A stretch of DNA of 64,000 bases from Pirellulales bacterium (lineage in GTDB: Bacteria; Planctomycetota; Planctomycetia; Pirellulales; PALSA-1355): assembly GCA_963733035.1 (NCBI GenBank), contig CAVTBU010000005.1:1696001-1760000 (forward strand), given 5' to 3'. The notes beneath the pieces are model-generated. The model did no database searches, was not told the origin of the DNA, and saw nothing but the letters and a program-made list of their open reading frames with translations. The position numbers and the translations under genes are program-made. Shown here one piece after another: positions 20,018 to 30,610 of this stretch (position 1 is the stretch's first letter; each line of letters begins with the position of its first letter).

Positions 20018-20635
20018 ATGCCTCTGATTCCCTATGTCGTCGAAAAGAGTGGCCGCGAAGAGCGCGCCATGGACATCTACAGCCGGTTGCTGAAAGATCG
20101 AATTATCTTTCTCGGCTCGCAAGTTAACGACGAGGTGGCCAATTCGATCGTCGCGCAGCTGTTGTTCCTGCAAAGCGAGGATCCCAAGGCCGACATCCAC
20201 CTGTACGTCAATTCCCCGGGTGGCAGCGTGACTGCGGGGCTGGCCATCTACGACACGATGCAATTCGTCGCTTGCGACGTGGCCACCTACTGCATCGGGC
20301 AGGCCGCGTCGATGGGCGCCGTGCTGCTGACCGCGGGAGCCCACGGCAAACGGCACGCGCTGCCCAACGCCCGCATCATGATCCACCAGCCGCTGGCTGG
20401 CATGGAAGGCACGGCCGAGGAAATCATGATTCACGCCACGGAATTCAAAAAGGTAAAAGCCAAGCTCAACAGCATCCTGATCAAGCACACGGGTCATCCG
20501 CTGGAACAGATCGAACGCGACACCGACCGCGACCGCTTCATGACCGCCGAGGAAGCCATGGATTACAAGCTGATCGATCAGGTCATCGAGCACATGGAGG
20601 CCAAGTCGATCAGCAAGGCCGAATCGCAATCTTAA
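20018..20635 (+). CDS. clpP: ATP-dependent Clp protease proteolytic subunit
   Basis: [30 protein letters not shown]. Confidence 0.97.
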   Translation: MPLIPYVVEKSGREERAMDIYSRLLKDRIIFLGSQVNDEVANSIVAQLLFLQSEDPKADIHLYVNSPGGSVTAGLAIYDTMQFVACDVATYCIGQAASMGAVLLTAGAHGKRHALPNARIMIHQPLAGMEGTAEEIMIHATEFKKVKAKLNSILIKHTGHPLEQIERDTDRDRFMTAEEAMDYKLIDQVIEHMEAKSISKAESQS

Positions 20636-20889
20636 CGATCAAAAACACTGCCAGGTTTTTCGGCTAAAACAAATCGCGAAGTCACTTTCGCGCGAATCGT
20701 AACGGCCCGCTGCAGGACGTGGCGGGCCAAACCGGGGTGCCTCACCTCCCGCAATGGGCACGCCGGATGAGTTGACTAACTGGGTTGGCAATCGCGATAC
20801 CACGAGCCGCCGGCAACGGATCCGACGGCGGCCGGCGTGGGCTTTGTCATCCCAAAACCGCAATCGATTTTCTGTCGCATGAGGCGCAC

Positions 20890-21882
20890 ATGAGAACGTT
20901 GCCCCTGGCCTTTGCCCTGCTGCTCGGTAGCCTCGCGCTGGGGTGCCGCTCGAACAACACGCAAGTGCTGGTCGAACAAGAGGCGCGGATGCTCGAGGAC
21001 GAAGTCTACAACCTCGAAGCCCAGTTGGATGCTTGCTGCCAGGCCCGCGAGGCGCTCGCCCGCGAAAACGAGGACCTTCGCCGCCAGCTTGCCGGCGGTG
21101 GCAGTGCCGGCAGCGATTATCTTCCGCCGTCCACTACGAAGCCGTCGCGCCGTGGCCCGCCGATGCCCGAAACACCGCAGCTGGAGGCCCCCACCATCGA
21201 ACTCCCCGAGGCAACCACCACGCCCCCCGACACGCTCATTCCCGGCAACGAGCAGCCGGCCATGCCCAGCCCCAACGAAGGAAGCGCCATCGGACGCCAA
21301 CCGGTCGATTTGGTTATCAACAAGCGCATGACCGGCGGCCTGGACCGCGATCGGACGGGCGGAGACGACGGCATCCTGGTCATGGTTGAACCGCGCGACG
21401 ACCAGGGAAGTTTAGCACGCACGCCCGGCGCCGTGTCGGTGGTGCTCATGGATCCGTCGCAAACCGGCGATGCCGCGCGCGTCGCCCGTTGGGATTTCCA
21501 GGCCAACGAGTTTGCCGAGCACTTCAAGCGGTCGGTCTTCGGTGAAGGCCTGCAATATGAACTCAAGTGGCCCGGCAAGCCCCCGGCCAATCGTGATCTG
21601 ATGCTGTTCGTGCGCTACATTTCGCCGGAAGGCACAAAGCTCACGAGCGACACCCCGCTGGCGATTCGCCTCGCCGGAGACTATCCGCGCGAAAGTCGCG
21701 AGGCGCTGGCTGCCGCCGAGGAAGATCCAAAACGCCCCGCACGCGCGGAAATCCGCGTGCCCGCGATAGACGAAAGGCCGCGCAAAATCGATACCGCCGA
21801 TCGCCGCGGCCGCCCGGACCAGCCGCTGATCGGGCCGCGCGAGGCAAAGCGCGATCTGCCGGAGTGGAAGCCGTACCGCTAG
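20890..21882 (+). CDS. Hypothetical lipoprotein
   Basis: Lipobox LALGC, short coiled coil, Pro-rich linker, globular domain; GAGG RBS before 20890. Confidence 0.7.
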   Translation: MRTLPLAFALLLGSLALGCRSNNTQVLVEQEARMLEDEVYNLEAQLDACCQAREALARENEDLRRQLAGGGSAGSDYLPPSTTKPSRRGPPMPETPQLEAPTIELPEATTTPPDTLIPGNEQPAMPSPNEGSAIGRQPVDLVINKRMTGGLDRDRTGGDDGILVMVEPRDDQGSLARTPGAVSVVLMDPSQTGDAARVARWDFQANEFAEHFKRSVFGEGLQYELKWPGKPPANRDLMLFVRYISPEGTKLTSDTPLAIRLAGDYPRESREALAAAEEDPKRPARAEIRVPAIDERPRKIDTADRRGRPDQPLIGPREAKRDLPEWKPYR

Positions 21883-21911
21883 CACGGTGACGTTGAACGC
21901 AACCGCGCGGG

Positions 21912-24020
21912 CTAATGGACCCGTTGTCCCGGCTTTGCGCCCGAGTCGGGGCTCAACAAGTAAATCTCCTGACCGCCGGCGCCGGCCGCCACGACCATTC
22001 CCTCGCTCAGGCCAAACGTCATTTGCCGAGGCGCCAGGTTCGCCACCACGACCACCAGCCGGCCAATTAGCTTCTCGGGCTCGTAGGCACTTTTGATGCC
22101 CGCGAACACGGTTCGCTGGTGCTCGCCGCCAAGCGACAGCGTGAGCTTAATCAGCTTCTTGGCCTTGGGCACTGCCTCGGCGTTCACCACGCGGGCCACA
22201 CGCAGATCGATTTTCGTAAAATCGTCGATCGAAATCTGCTCGGCCACCAACGGCTCGGCTTCGAGGGCCGCGGCGCTATCGGCCTGGGCGGCAACGGAAG
22301 CGGCGGTGCTATCCTCGGGTTGTTCGGCGGTTGATTCGGTCACTTTGAACTCCTCTTTGCTTTCGGCGATCATCGCTTCGAGCTGCTTCGGCTCGACGCG
22401 CTTGATCATGTGTTTGAATTCGTTAATCGAAACGCCCACCAGCGGCTTGGCGGCGTCTTCCCAGCAGGCGACCCCACTGCCAAAAAGTCCGTCGGTCTGC
22501 TCGCGCAGACTTGGCAGCACCGGCGCCAGGTAAATCACCAGCTGCCGGAACAGATTGAGTGTGATTGTGCAGGCGTTTTGCAAGTCGACCGCCCGCGCCG
22601 TGTCGTTCTTGAGCTTCCAGGGTGCAACGCCGTCGACGTATTGATTTGCCTTGTCGGCCAGCGCCATGATCAGCCGCATCGCGCGATTGTAGTCGCAAGC
22701 TTCGTACGCCGCGGCAATCGCATCTCCTTCGGCCGCGGCTGCGGCAAACAGCCCGCCATCGTCGGGATACGTTGGCGAGAGCCCGGTGTCTTTCACGAAC
22801 TTGGCCGTGCGACTGGCCAGGTTCACCACTTTGCCCACCAGGTCGGAGTTCACCTTGTTGACGAACTCATCGAGATTCAAATCCAAGTCGTCCAAGCCCG
22901 GACCGAGTTTCGAAGCGTAGTAGTACCGCAGGTAGACCGGGTCGAGATGATTTAGATAGGTTGCCGCGCGGACGAAGGTTCCCTTGGTCTTCGACATCTT
23001 TTCGCCGTCGACGGTCAAGAACCCATGCACGTGAATCTTCGTCGGTAGGTTAAAGCCGGCCGTCTTGAGCATCGCGGGCCAGAACAGCGTGTGAAAGTAG
23101 GTAATGTCCTTGCCGATGAAGTGATGCACTTCGGCCTTGCCGCCCCGCCACCAGTCGTCGAATTGCTGCTCGTGCTTTTGGCACCACTGGGCCGTGGAGG
23201 CCATGTAGCCGATCGGCGCGTCGAACCAGACGTACCAGTAATTGCCGGGGCTGTCGGGAATCTCGAAGCCGAAGTAAGGTGCCGGACGCGAGACGTCCCA
23301 ATCGCGTAGCTCTTCGCCCAGGAAGTGACCGGCCAGGTAGTTCGAAATCTCGCGTTGCAAGTGACCGCCACTTTGCGTCCACTCGTGTAGGAAGTCATGC
23401 AGCTGTTCGATCTGCACGAACAAGTGATCCGCCGAACGGACCTCCGGCGTGCTGCCCGAGAGCGTGCTCTTGGGGTCGATGAGTTCCGCCGGGCTGTAGG
23501 TGGCCCCGCACTTGTCGCAGCTATCGCCGTACTGGTCGGGAGACTTGCAATTGGGGCATGTTCCCTTGACGAACCGATCGGCTAGAAACGTGCCGGCCTC
23601 GACGTCGTACAGTTGCGTCACTTCCTTTTCGTGCACCAGGCCCGCCTGGCGCAACTTCGACCAGATCTCGCCGCACAGTGCGCGGTTCTCCGCGCTGTGC
23701 GTGCTGCCGTAGTTGTCGAAATGGATCTGAAACTGTTCGAAGTCGCGAATGTGCGCCCACTGCATATCGGCGATCAGGGCTTCTTCGCTGCGCCCTTCCT
23801 GCCGGGCGCGTATCATGATGGCCGTGCCGTGCGTGTCGTCGGCGCAAAGGTAAATGCACTCGTGCCCGCGTAGCTTCTGGAAGCGCACCCAAACGTCGGT
23901 CTGGATGTACTCGACCAGATGCCCCAGGTGGATGTGCCCGTTGGCGTAGGGCAGGGCGGCAGTCACCAAAATCTTGCGTTTTGCAAATGTCGGCTTTGTC
24001 GATGAATTGCTGTCGACCAC
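21912..24020 (-). CDS. metG: Methionyl-tRNA synthetase with C-terminal tRNA-binding domain
   Basis: [13 protein letters not shown], Zn knuckle CPNC/CDKC, KMSKT, OB-fold IDLRVARV; start uncertain (GTG 24020). Confidence 0.97.
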   Translation of the reverse strand: MVDSNSSTKPTFAKRKILVTAALPYANGHIHLGHLVEYIQTDVWVRFQKLRGHECIYLCADDTHGTAIMIRARQEGRSEEALIADMQWAHIRDFEQFQIHFDNYGSTHSAENRALCGEIWSKLRQAGLVHEKEVTQLYDVEAGTFLADRFVKGTCPNCKSPDQYGDSCDKCGATYSPAELIDPKSTLSGSTPEVRSADHLFVQIEQLHDFLHEWTQSGGHLQREISNYLAGHFLGEELRDWDVSRPAPYFGFEIPDSPGNYWYVWFDAPIGYMASTAQWCQKHEQQFDDWWRGGKAEVHHFIGKDITYFHTLFWPAMLKTAGFNLPTKIHVHGFLTVDGEKMSKTKGTFVRAATYLNHLDPVYLRYYYASKLGPGLDDLDLNLDEFVNKVNSDLVGKVVNLASRTAKFVKDTGLSPTYPDDGGLFAAAAAEGDAIAAAYEACDYNRAMRLIMALADKANQYVDGVAPWKLKNDTARAVDLQNACTITLNLFRQLVIYLAPVLPSLREQTDGLFGSGVACWEDAAKPLVGVSINEFKHMIKRVEPKQLEAMIAESKEEFKVTESTAEQPEDSTAASVAAQADSAAALEAEPLVAEQISIDDFTKIDLRVARVVNAEAVPKAKKLIKLTLSLGGEHQRTVFAGIKSAYEPEKLIGRLVVVVANLAPRQMTFGLSEGMVVAAGAGGQEIYLLSPDSGAKPGQRVH

Positions 24021-24134
24021 GATTCTTGAATCTGCCTCAGGGCTCGATAGACGATGGTATGCGAAAGCGACAATTGTACCCGGCTGCGCCAATTTGCGTG
24101 AGCCCTGCTGGCAGCCGAAAGAAACGTCGAGTGT

Positions 24135-24674
24135 CTATCCCCCCTGCTCTTTTGTCGGCGTCCATTGAAACCGGTACTGCTCGCCCAACCGCAGTCGCGT
24201 GATGTACGCGATCTGTTGTGTGTGCCCGGCTAAATGACTGACGGCGTCGTAGATGGCCACCGGTGGGCTGACGTCGAAACCTTGCATGCGCAGCGGTTCC
24301 AGCAGCCGCGATGTTGGAAAGCTCGCAATCGCGGCGTCCGCGTCGGCCAGTGTCTCACGCAGCCGGGCCAAGAGCTCGTCTTTGGCGATTTGGCGTCTCG
24401 CTGAAAACTCCGCCGCCCGATTCCGCCGGTCGGGCCGCCCCAGCAGCGCATCGCAGATCCACTGCCGCACGTTGCCCGACAGATGCAGGACGATGTTCCC
24501 AATGCTGTTGGCTTCGTCAAACGGCCGCCACCACACGTCCTCCTGGCCAAGCTGCTCAAGACAATGCGCGATCTTTGCCAGCGACCCCTGCAAGCTCTGC
24601 CGGCTTTCGAGCAAAAACGCCTCCCCCACCGACGTCGGCGTTCCCAACTTTGGCGCACCAGATTCCACGGGCAT
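24135..24674 (-). CDS. DinB/DUF1572-like protein
   Basis: NSIGNIVLHLSGNVRQW, RNRAAEF, HLAGHTQQI. Confidence 0.85.
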   Translation of the reverse strand: MPVESGAPKLGTPTSVGEAFLLESRQSLQGSLAKIAHCLEQLGQEDVWWRPFDEANSIGNIVLHLSGNVRQWICDALLGRPDRRNRAAEFSARRQIAKDELLARLRETLADADAAIASFPTSRLLEPLRMQGFDVSPPVAIYDAVSHLAGHTQQIAYITRLRLGEQYRFQWTPTKEQGG

Positions 24675-24834
24675 GGCAGCTTCCTCGGGTCGTAAAAGCC
24701 AGCAGGCATTGGATAGGACAGCCGCTTGGCGGACAAGTTCGCCGTGGTTTCATTGCGGAGAGTGGTTCGGCAGAAATAAATGGCGGAGTTTGCGGTTGGA
24801 GTGAACTGGAACGATCGCTGCCAGAAAACCGCTC

Positions 24835-24884
24835 TTGACCTTATCAGACGAATTGTCTTATTCTCTATCAAGACAAATCGTCTT
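24835..24884 (+). promoter_or_regulatory. Promoter with two AGAC-N5-GTCT palindromic operators (putative BlaI-type sites)
   Basis: TTGACC (24835)-18 nt-TATTCT (24859); AGACGAATTGTCT 24846-24858 and AAGACAAATCGTCTT 24870-24884; RBS GGAGGGAG follows. Confidence 0.7.
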
Positions 24885-24901
24885 ACTGGAGGGAGCCTGT
24901 T

Positions 24902-25306
24902 TTGTCACCACGGAATGTTCGTCTTACCGACGCCGAGTTTGCCGTCATTGAGCCGCTCTGGGAAATCGGGCCGCAAACGATTCGGCAGCTCACGGCCCAG
25001 CTCTACCCAGGGCAGTCGACTTCCGACTATGCCACGGTGCAAAAGCTGCTCGAACGGCTGGAAGCCAAGCAATGCGTCACCCGCGATCGGTCACAGTCGC
25101 CGCACGTGTATCTCGCGGTCGTGGAGCGCGAAGAGCTGATCGACGACCACTTGCAGCAGATTGCCGATCGGCTGTGCGACGGTTCGCTTGTGCCGGTGCT
25201 GAACCAGCTGGTGCGCCGGCTCTCGCTTTCTAAGGCCGAGCGTGCCCATTTGCAGAAGCTGCTCGACGACCACCGCAAGAAGCCCTCATCCGCGAGGAAA
25301 AAATGA
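24902..25306 (+). CDS. BlaI/MecI/CopY family transcriptional repressor
   Basis: LTDAEFAVIEPLW, YATVQKLLERLEAKQCVTR, LCDGSL; stop overlaps the M56 gene start. Confidence 0.9.
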   Translation: MSPRNVRLTDAEFAVIEPLWEIGPQTIRQLTAQLYPGQSTSDYATVQKLLERLEAKQCVTRDRSQSPHVYLAVVEREELIDDHLQQIADRLCDGSLVPVLNQLVRRLSLSKAERAHLQKLLDDHRKKPSSARKK

Positions 25307-27406
25307 TCACCACCTGGCTGGAAATCGGGATTTCCAACGCGCTGGTCACCACAGCGCTGGCGGCGTTGGCATGGGTTGCCACCCGCCGGATGCGGCCGCG
25401 CCTGGCATTTGCCGTGTGGCTGCTGGTGCTAGCCAAATTGCTCGCCCCACCGCTATGGAACGCCCCGCTCGGGACGCTACGGGCGATCGCGCCAGCGGAG
25501 GAGTCTTTGGAGATCGATTGGTTACGGGGTTCGGCCGATCGGTTCACGTCGCCGCCAGATGCGAGCCAACGCTTGAAATTCGTCGCGATGGAATTGGCGA
25601 CGCCACAAATCGCCGAACTCGAAACACCGCCGTCCGCGAACCCGGCACCACTTTGGGACTTGATCACGCCGGCAATATTCTTGTTTTGGCTGCTGGGTGC
25701 AGTCGTCTGGACGGTTCTCGCGGTACGGCGGATCCGGCGGTTCGTGGTGCTACTCAACGGGGCCCGTCGGGCCCCGGCCAACTTGCAGGCGGAGGTGTGC
25801 GCGATGGCCAAGCAGCTTGGCCTGCGGCGAGTGCCCGACTTGCGATTGACTCGCCGCCGCGTCCCGCCGCTGGTGTGGGCGTTGTTCGGTCGGCCCACGA
25901 TCCTTTTGCCGACGCGTCTAATGCGTGGTCTATCGCTCCCGCAGCGAACGGCGCTGTTGATGCACGAGCTAGTACACCTCCGACGCCGCGATCACCTGGT
26001 CAAGCTCGTCGAACTCGTGGTGCTCGCGCTGTACTGGTGGCTACCGAGCGCCTGGTGGGCTCGCCGCCAGGCCGAGCAAGCCGCCGAACATTGCTGCGAC
26101 GCGGAAGTGGTGACCCGACTGCCGGCCGCACCGCACGCCTACGCCGAGGCCCTGGTGGCCACGATCGATTACCTCTCCGGCACGTCTCAGCCGCTACCGC
26201 TGGGAGCCAGCGGCTTTTCCCAATTCAGCCATGTTTCAAGGAGGATCGAGATGATACTAGAGCCCCTACCCGCCCGTCGCGCCGCGTGGCACTCGCGTCT
26301 GGTTCTGCTCGTGCTTGCCCTGGCCGTGTTGCCGCTCTCGGTCCGCACGCTGTGGGCCGAGCCGACAGGTGTGCCGAGCACTGCAGCGACCGAAACCGCC
26401 GCTGCGCCCCCGTCCGAAACTCCCCCGGATTCGAAGGCCGATGCGACCGCACCCGAGTCCGATCACCAACCTTCTCCGGGCGGCAAGTTCATCGAGGGGC
26501 AAGCTGGCAAGGATTGGCAAGTGGAGTTGTCGCGGGAGCAAGTCGAGCAGCAGATGCGCGACCTGGTGAAAAGTGCTCTCGACCCCGTGCAAGCGGCATC
26601 CAAACGCCGCGAGATTGCCAGGCTAGAGTTGCAGAACTTGTCCAAAGATTTCGACGCGGGCGATGTTTCGATCGGCCAATTGCTCGAAGCGCAGCGCCGC
26701 CTGGCCGAAGCGGAAGTATCATTCGCGCGACACGCCACCGCGCTCTGCAAGGACGAAAGGCAGCGAAAGAGATTGCGGCTGGAAGCCAATTTGCTCATCG
26801 CCCAGGAAGCGCTCGACAATTCGCGGCGCACCTGGCAAAAAGTCTATAGACTCTACCGCACCGGCGACCCAGGTGGCGAAGCCAACGTCGAAGCCCAGGC
26901 CCGCGAACAGTTCTACCAATTCAAGTCGCGGTTGGAGACGGTGCGCGAGGAGTATCGCCAATTCACAGCGGCCGCCGCGGGTGATGCGTCAAGCCGTATC
27001 GACTCCGACCGCGACGCAATCGCTCAGCCCGTTTGGAGCAGGCGCTCCCCCTTCGGGCGACTCGTCGCGTCTTTCGGAGATGTTTTCGCTGACAATCGGC
27101 GATCTCCAGGAGTTAGCGCAAGTCAAACACGCCCAGCTACAACTTGCGCGGGATACCGTCCGGCTCGACGAACTCGTCCGTGTCGACCCGGCACACCAGC
27201 CTGAAGCCGCGAAATCCACCCCGGAACCGAGCGACGGGAAACGCGAAGAAGAAGTCTCGAAGCCGAAGACTCGCATCGCCCGGCGAAAGCTAGAGCTGAC
27301 CGTAGCGAGGCACCATTTTCTTGACCGGCTCCACCGCTCCGGGTATTCGATCCAGTACGCGAGCCAGATCCTTGAAAACTCTGCCCCGATCGACGGTGCC
27401 AGATAG
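25303..27406 (+). CDS. BlaR1/MecR1-like M56 metallopeptidase; probable frameshift near 26970-27020
   Basis: TM helices, HELVHLRRRDH (HExxH), EHCCD; the ORF ends at 27204 but the +1 frame to 27406 reads as the more protein-like C-terminus. Confidence 0.85.
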
Positions 27407-27445
27407 TCGGTTGAATATTTCGTCGGCAGCGATCATTGAAGCCGA

Positions 27446-30400
27446 CTATTTCTCCACGCCGCCAAACAACCGCTCGGCGCGCCTTCGGTTTTCTGTCGTG
27501 TAGCGGCGGCAGTCGTACATCAGGCCTTCCGGACCCGTGTAGCCCAATAGTCCGGCGAGCTTGGCTAGCTCGCGCGGCTCGTCGGGCAGATCGTCGCGCA
27601 CCGTGGTACTCATCAGGCGCAAGCGAGCCTGAATGGTGCGCAGGAACCGGTAGCTGTCGACAAAGAAGCTGTAGTCGTCGCGGTTGACGAGACCGGCGGC
27701 GTGCAGAGCGTGCAGCGCGTCGAGCGTCCCCGGCAGCGCGATCTCGGGCTTGTGCGCGGCGTTCTTGAGCTGAAGCATCTGCACCAGGAATTCAATATCG
27801 ACCAGGCCGCCGGGGCCGCGCTTGAGGTTGCCGGGTGTGGCCGTTACTTCCAGCCGCTTACGCATCTGCCAGATGCTGTCGGCGTTCTCCGGCCTCCACT
27901 CGGGTGAAAAGGCCGCCTGGCGGATCGCATCGACGGCCAGCTCGGCGGCCCGCGGCGAGCCGTATACAACCCGCGCTTTGCACAGCGCCTGCCGCTCCCA
28001 CAGCTGCCCCTGTTCCGACCCGAAATATCGAGCGAACTCGGCCAATGAGGTCGACAGCGGACCGCTCCGCCCCGTCGGCCGCAGCCGTGGATCGATCTCG
28101 TACAGCCGGCCGTAGGGCCCCAGTTGGCTGGCTACCTTGATGATTCGCTGTGCAAGCTCGCTGAAGAAATGCTGATTGTTCGTTGTTTCGTCGCGCCGCG
28201 TGCGCCGCGACGGCACGGTCAGCCCGTCGGCCTCGTAGAGAAAGACGAGGTCCAAATCGCTGTAGTAATTCAGCTCGCGCCCGCCGAACTTGCCCATTGC
28301 CAGGATGATCAGTTCGCAATCGGGGCGATCACTACCCTCGTCGCCGACGGTTGGCCGACCAAGCTTGGCGGTCAGCCGGCCGAACTCCTGCCGTGTAATC
28401 TGCTCGAGGCATACCTGGGCGATGTCCGATAGCGCGCCGGTGACCGCCTCGATCTTTTCCTTTCGCAGGATGTCGCGCACGCCAACGCCCAATTGTTGGG
28501 CGTTCTTGAAACTGTGCAACGCCGGCTCGATGTCCTCTGCCCCGCGGCACAGCTCGGCCAACGTCGCGCGCAGCACCTCCATCGTCGGCAACCGATCAAG
28601 TAGCAGGCTATCGAGCAATTCGTCGAGCATGCCGGGGTTGCTGATCAAAATGCCCGAAAGATACTGACTTGATGAGCAGAGCGTGACGTACAGCTTTAGC
28701 GTCGGTGGGTTGAAGCTGAACAGTTCCCACAACACACCTTTGCCTCCCAACGAATCGCTCACCTTGCTCAGGTTGTTGAGCGTCGAGTCGGGATCGGGCG
28801 TTTCGGCTATTGCCGCCAGCAGCTGCGGAGCAATCGCCGCCAGAAAGTGCCGGCAGCGGCGCGTCGACAGATAGCGAATCTTCTCGGTCGACAGCTCCAT
28901 CAGAATGCGATATGCCTGCTGCACGTCGCGAAACTTATACGCGCCCAGAATCTCGGCAATCTGCTCGGGTGCCGGCTCGGGGTCGAGCACCAGGTCGCTC
29001 TCCGGCTCGGTGCGCGCGTCGTCGCTAAAGGCATCGTGCAACAGATGGTCGAGAATCTTGCGGTTCAGCTCGGTCTTGTTCTTGTAGTCAGCTTCGAACG
29101 CGACCAGTGCGGTTTGCGTGCCGCCATCGGCATACCCCAGGCGAATGGCCACCTTGCGCAGCTCGTCTGGTTCGCTCGGCATGACGTGCGTTTGCAGGTC
29201 GAACATGATCTGCAGCCGATGTTCGATCTTGCGGAGAAACGAATAATTGTCCTCAAGCAAAGCCCGTTCCTGGGCCGTCAAGCAGCCGCACTGTTCGAGC
29301 TGCAAAATAGCCTCGAGCGTATTGCCGGTGCGAAGCGCGGGCAAATCACCCCCGTTGAGCAACTGCAAGAACTGGATCACAAACTCGATGTCGCGAATGC
29401 CGCCGTGTCCGGTTTTGACGTTGAGGGCGTCACCTCCGTCGTCCCGCGTGCGATGCTCGATGCGCCGCTTGAGGGCCTTGATACCCGTGATGTCGGCCCG
29501 GCTCAGATAGCGGCGATAGATCCAGGGTTCGAGCTGTTCGAGAAACTCGCCGCCGAATTCCAAATCGCCGGCGATAGGGCGTGCCTTGACCATCGCCTGG
29601 CGTTCCCAGGTGCGGCCTGACACGTCGTAGTAGTGCAGGGCAGCATCGTAGGCCACGGCCATCGGCCCGGCGTTGCCTTGCGGGCGAAGGCGCAGATCGA
29701 CTCGGTACGCGCTTCCCAGTTCGGTGTTCTCGGTGAGCAGTTTGACAATTTCGCGCACCAGCCGCAAATAGTATTCGCTGACGCTGTGCTGCCGCATCGG
29801 ATCAATGCCGCGCGGCGGATCGTAGAGAAACATCAGGTCGATGTCGCTCGAATAGTTCAATTCGCTGCCGCCGAGCTTGCCGAGCGCCAGCACCACGAAT
29901 CGCCCCGGATCGACGCTCAATCGCGAACCACCGGGGCGGCCGGCAATCCGCCGCTGGGCACCCCGCAGGGCCGCCTCGACCATTGCATCGGCCAGGTACG
30001 AAATCTGCCGGGTGACGGTGCTGACCGGCTGCCCGCGGATAATGTCGCCGTAAGCGATGCGCAGCGTTTCGCGGCGCTTGAAACGCCGTAGGGTCGCGGC
30101 CACGGCTGCTTCGTCGTCGGCCAGCGTATCGATTTCGGCCGACAGTTCCGAAACCAAATACTCGCGGGCGACCGGCTGCCCTTCGGTAATCCGCAACAGG
30201 TCGTAGCTTTCGCCGTCCAGAATCAGCACGTCGCTCAAATGCTGGCTGGTGGCGAAGATTTGCAACAGGATCGGCAGCGCTTCGACATCGCGCTCGAACA
30301 GGGCGGCCAACGACAGCGGATTGCGCGCGCTGGCCACGAACCGTTCGAGGTTGTTGAGCGCCATGTCCGCGTCGCTTGAAGCGGGTAGCTGCTCGGCCAA

Positions 30401-30565
30401 TTGGTCGCAGATGACGGCCAGCAGGTCGAGCGTGACGCCGGCCGTGGCGATACGAACCAGGTTGCCGTGCGCGCGATCGACATCGCGGACGCCCAGCGCG
30501 CGGAGCCAGGCCGCGGCCTCGGCCGGGTTGTCCAGGTAGCGATGGAGATCTTCGACGCGCATCAA
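27446..30565 (-). CDS. glnE: Bifunctional glutamine synthetase adenylyltransferase/adenylyl-removing enzyme
   Basis: Two nucleotidyltransferase repeats: GKLGGSELNYSSDIDL and GKFGGRELNYYSDLDL; RLRP, WERQA, GGIRDIEF. Confidence 0.95.
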   Translation of the reverse strand: MMRVEDLHRYLDNPAEAAAWLRALGVRDVDRAHGNLVRIATAGVTLDLLAVICDQLAEQLPASSDADMALNNLERFVASARNPLSLAALFERDVEALPILLQIFATSQHLSDVLILDGESYDLLRITEGQPVAREYLVSELSAEIDTLADDEAAVAATLRRFKRRETLRIAYGDIIRGQPVSTVTRQISYLADAMVEAALRGAQRRIAGRPGGSRLSVDPGRFVVLALGKLGGSELNYSSDIDLMFLYDPPRGIDPMRQHSVSEYYLRLVREIVKLLTENTELGSAYRVDLRLRPQGNAGPMAVAYDAALHYYDVSGRTWERQAMVKARPIAGDLEFGGEFLEQLEPWIYRRYLSRADITGIKALKRRIEHRTRDDGGDALNVKTGHGGIRDIEFVIQFLQLLNGGDLPALRTGNTLEAILQLEQCGCLTAQERALLEDNYSFLRKIEHRLQIMFDLQTHVMPSEPDELRKVAIRLGYADGGTQTALVAFEADYKNKTELNRKILDHLLHDAFSDDARTEPESDLVLDPEPAPEQIAEILGAYKFRDVQQAYRILMELSTEKIRYLSTRRCRHFLAAIAPQLLAAIAETPDPDSTLNNLSKVSDSLGGKGVLWELFSFNPPTLKLYVTLCSSSQYLSGILISNPGMLDELLDSLLLDRLPTMEVLRATLAELCRGAEDIEPALHSFKNAQQLGVGVRDILRKEKIEAVTGALSDIAQVCLEQITRQEFGRLTAKLGRPTVGDEGSDRPDCELIILAMGKFGGRELNYYSDLDLVFLYEADGLTVPSRRTRRDETTNNQHFFSELAQRIIKVASQLGPYGRLYEIDPRLRPTGRSGPLSTSLAEFARYFGSEQGQLWERQALCKARVVYGSPRAAELAVDAIRQAAFSPEWRPENADSIWQMRKRLEVTATPGNLKRGPGGLVDIEFLVQMLQLKNAAHKPEIALPGTLDALHALHAAGLVNRDDYSFFVDSYRFLRTIQARLRLMSTTVRDDLPDEPRELAKLAGLLGYTGPEGLMYDCRRYTTENRRRAERLFGGVEK

Positions 30566-30610
30566 ACGCTGCGAGTGGCTAATTCACCGACGAATACGAA
30601 CGCGGACTCT

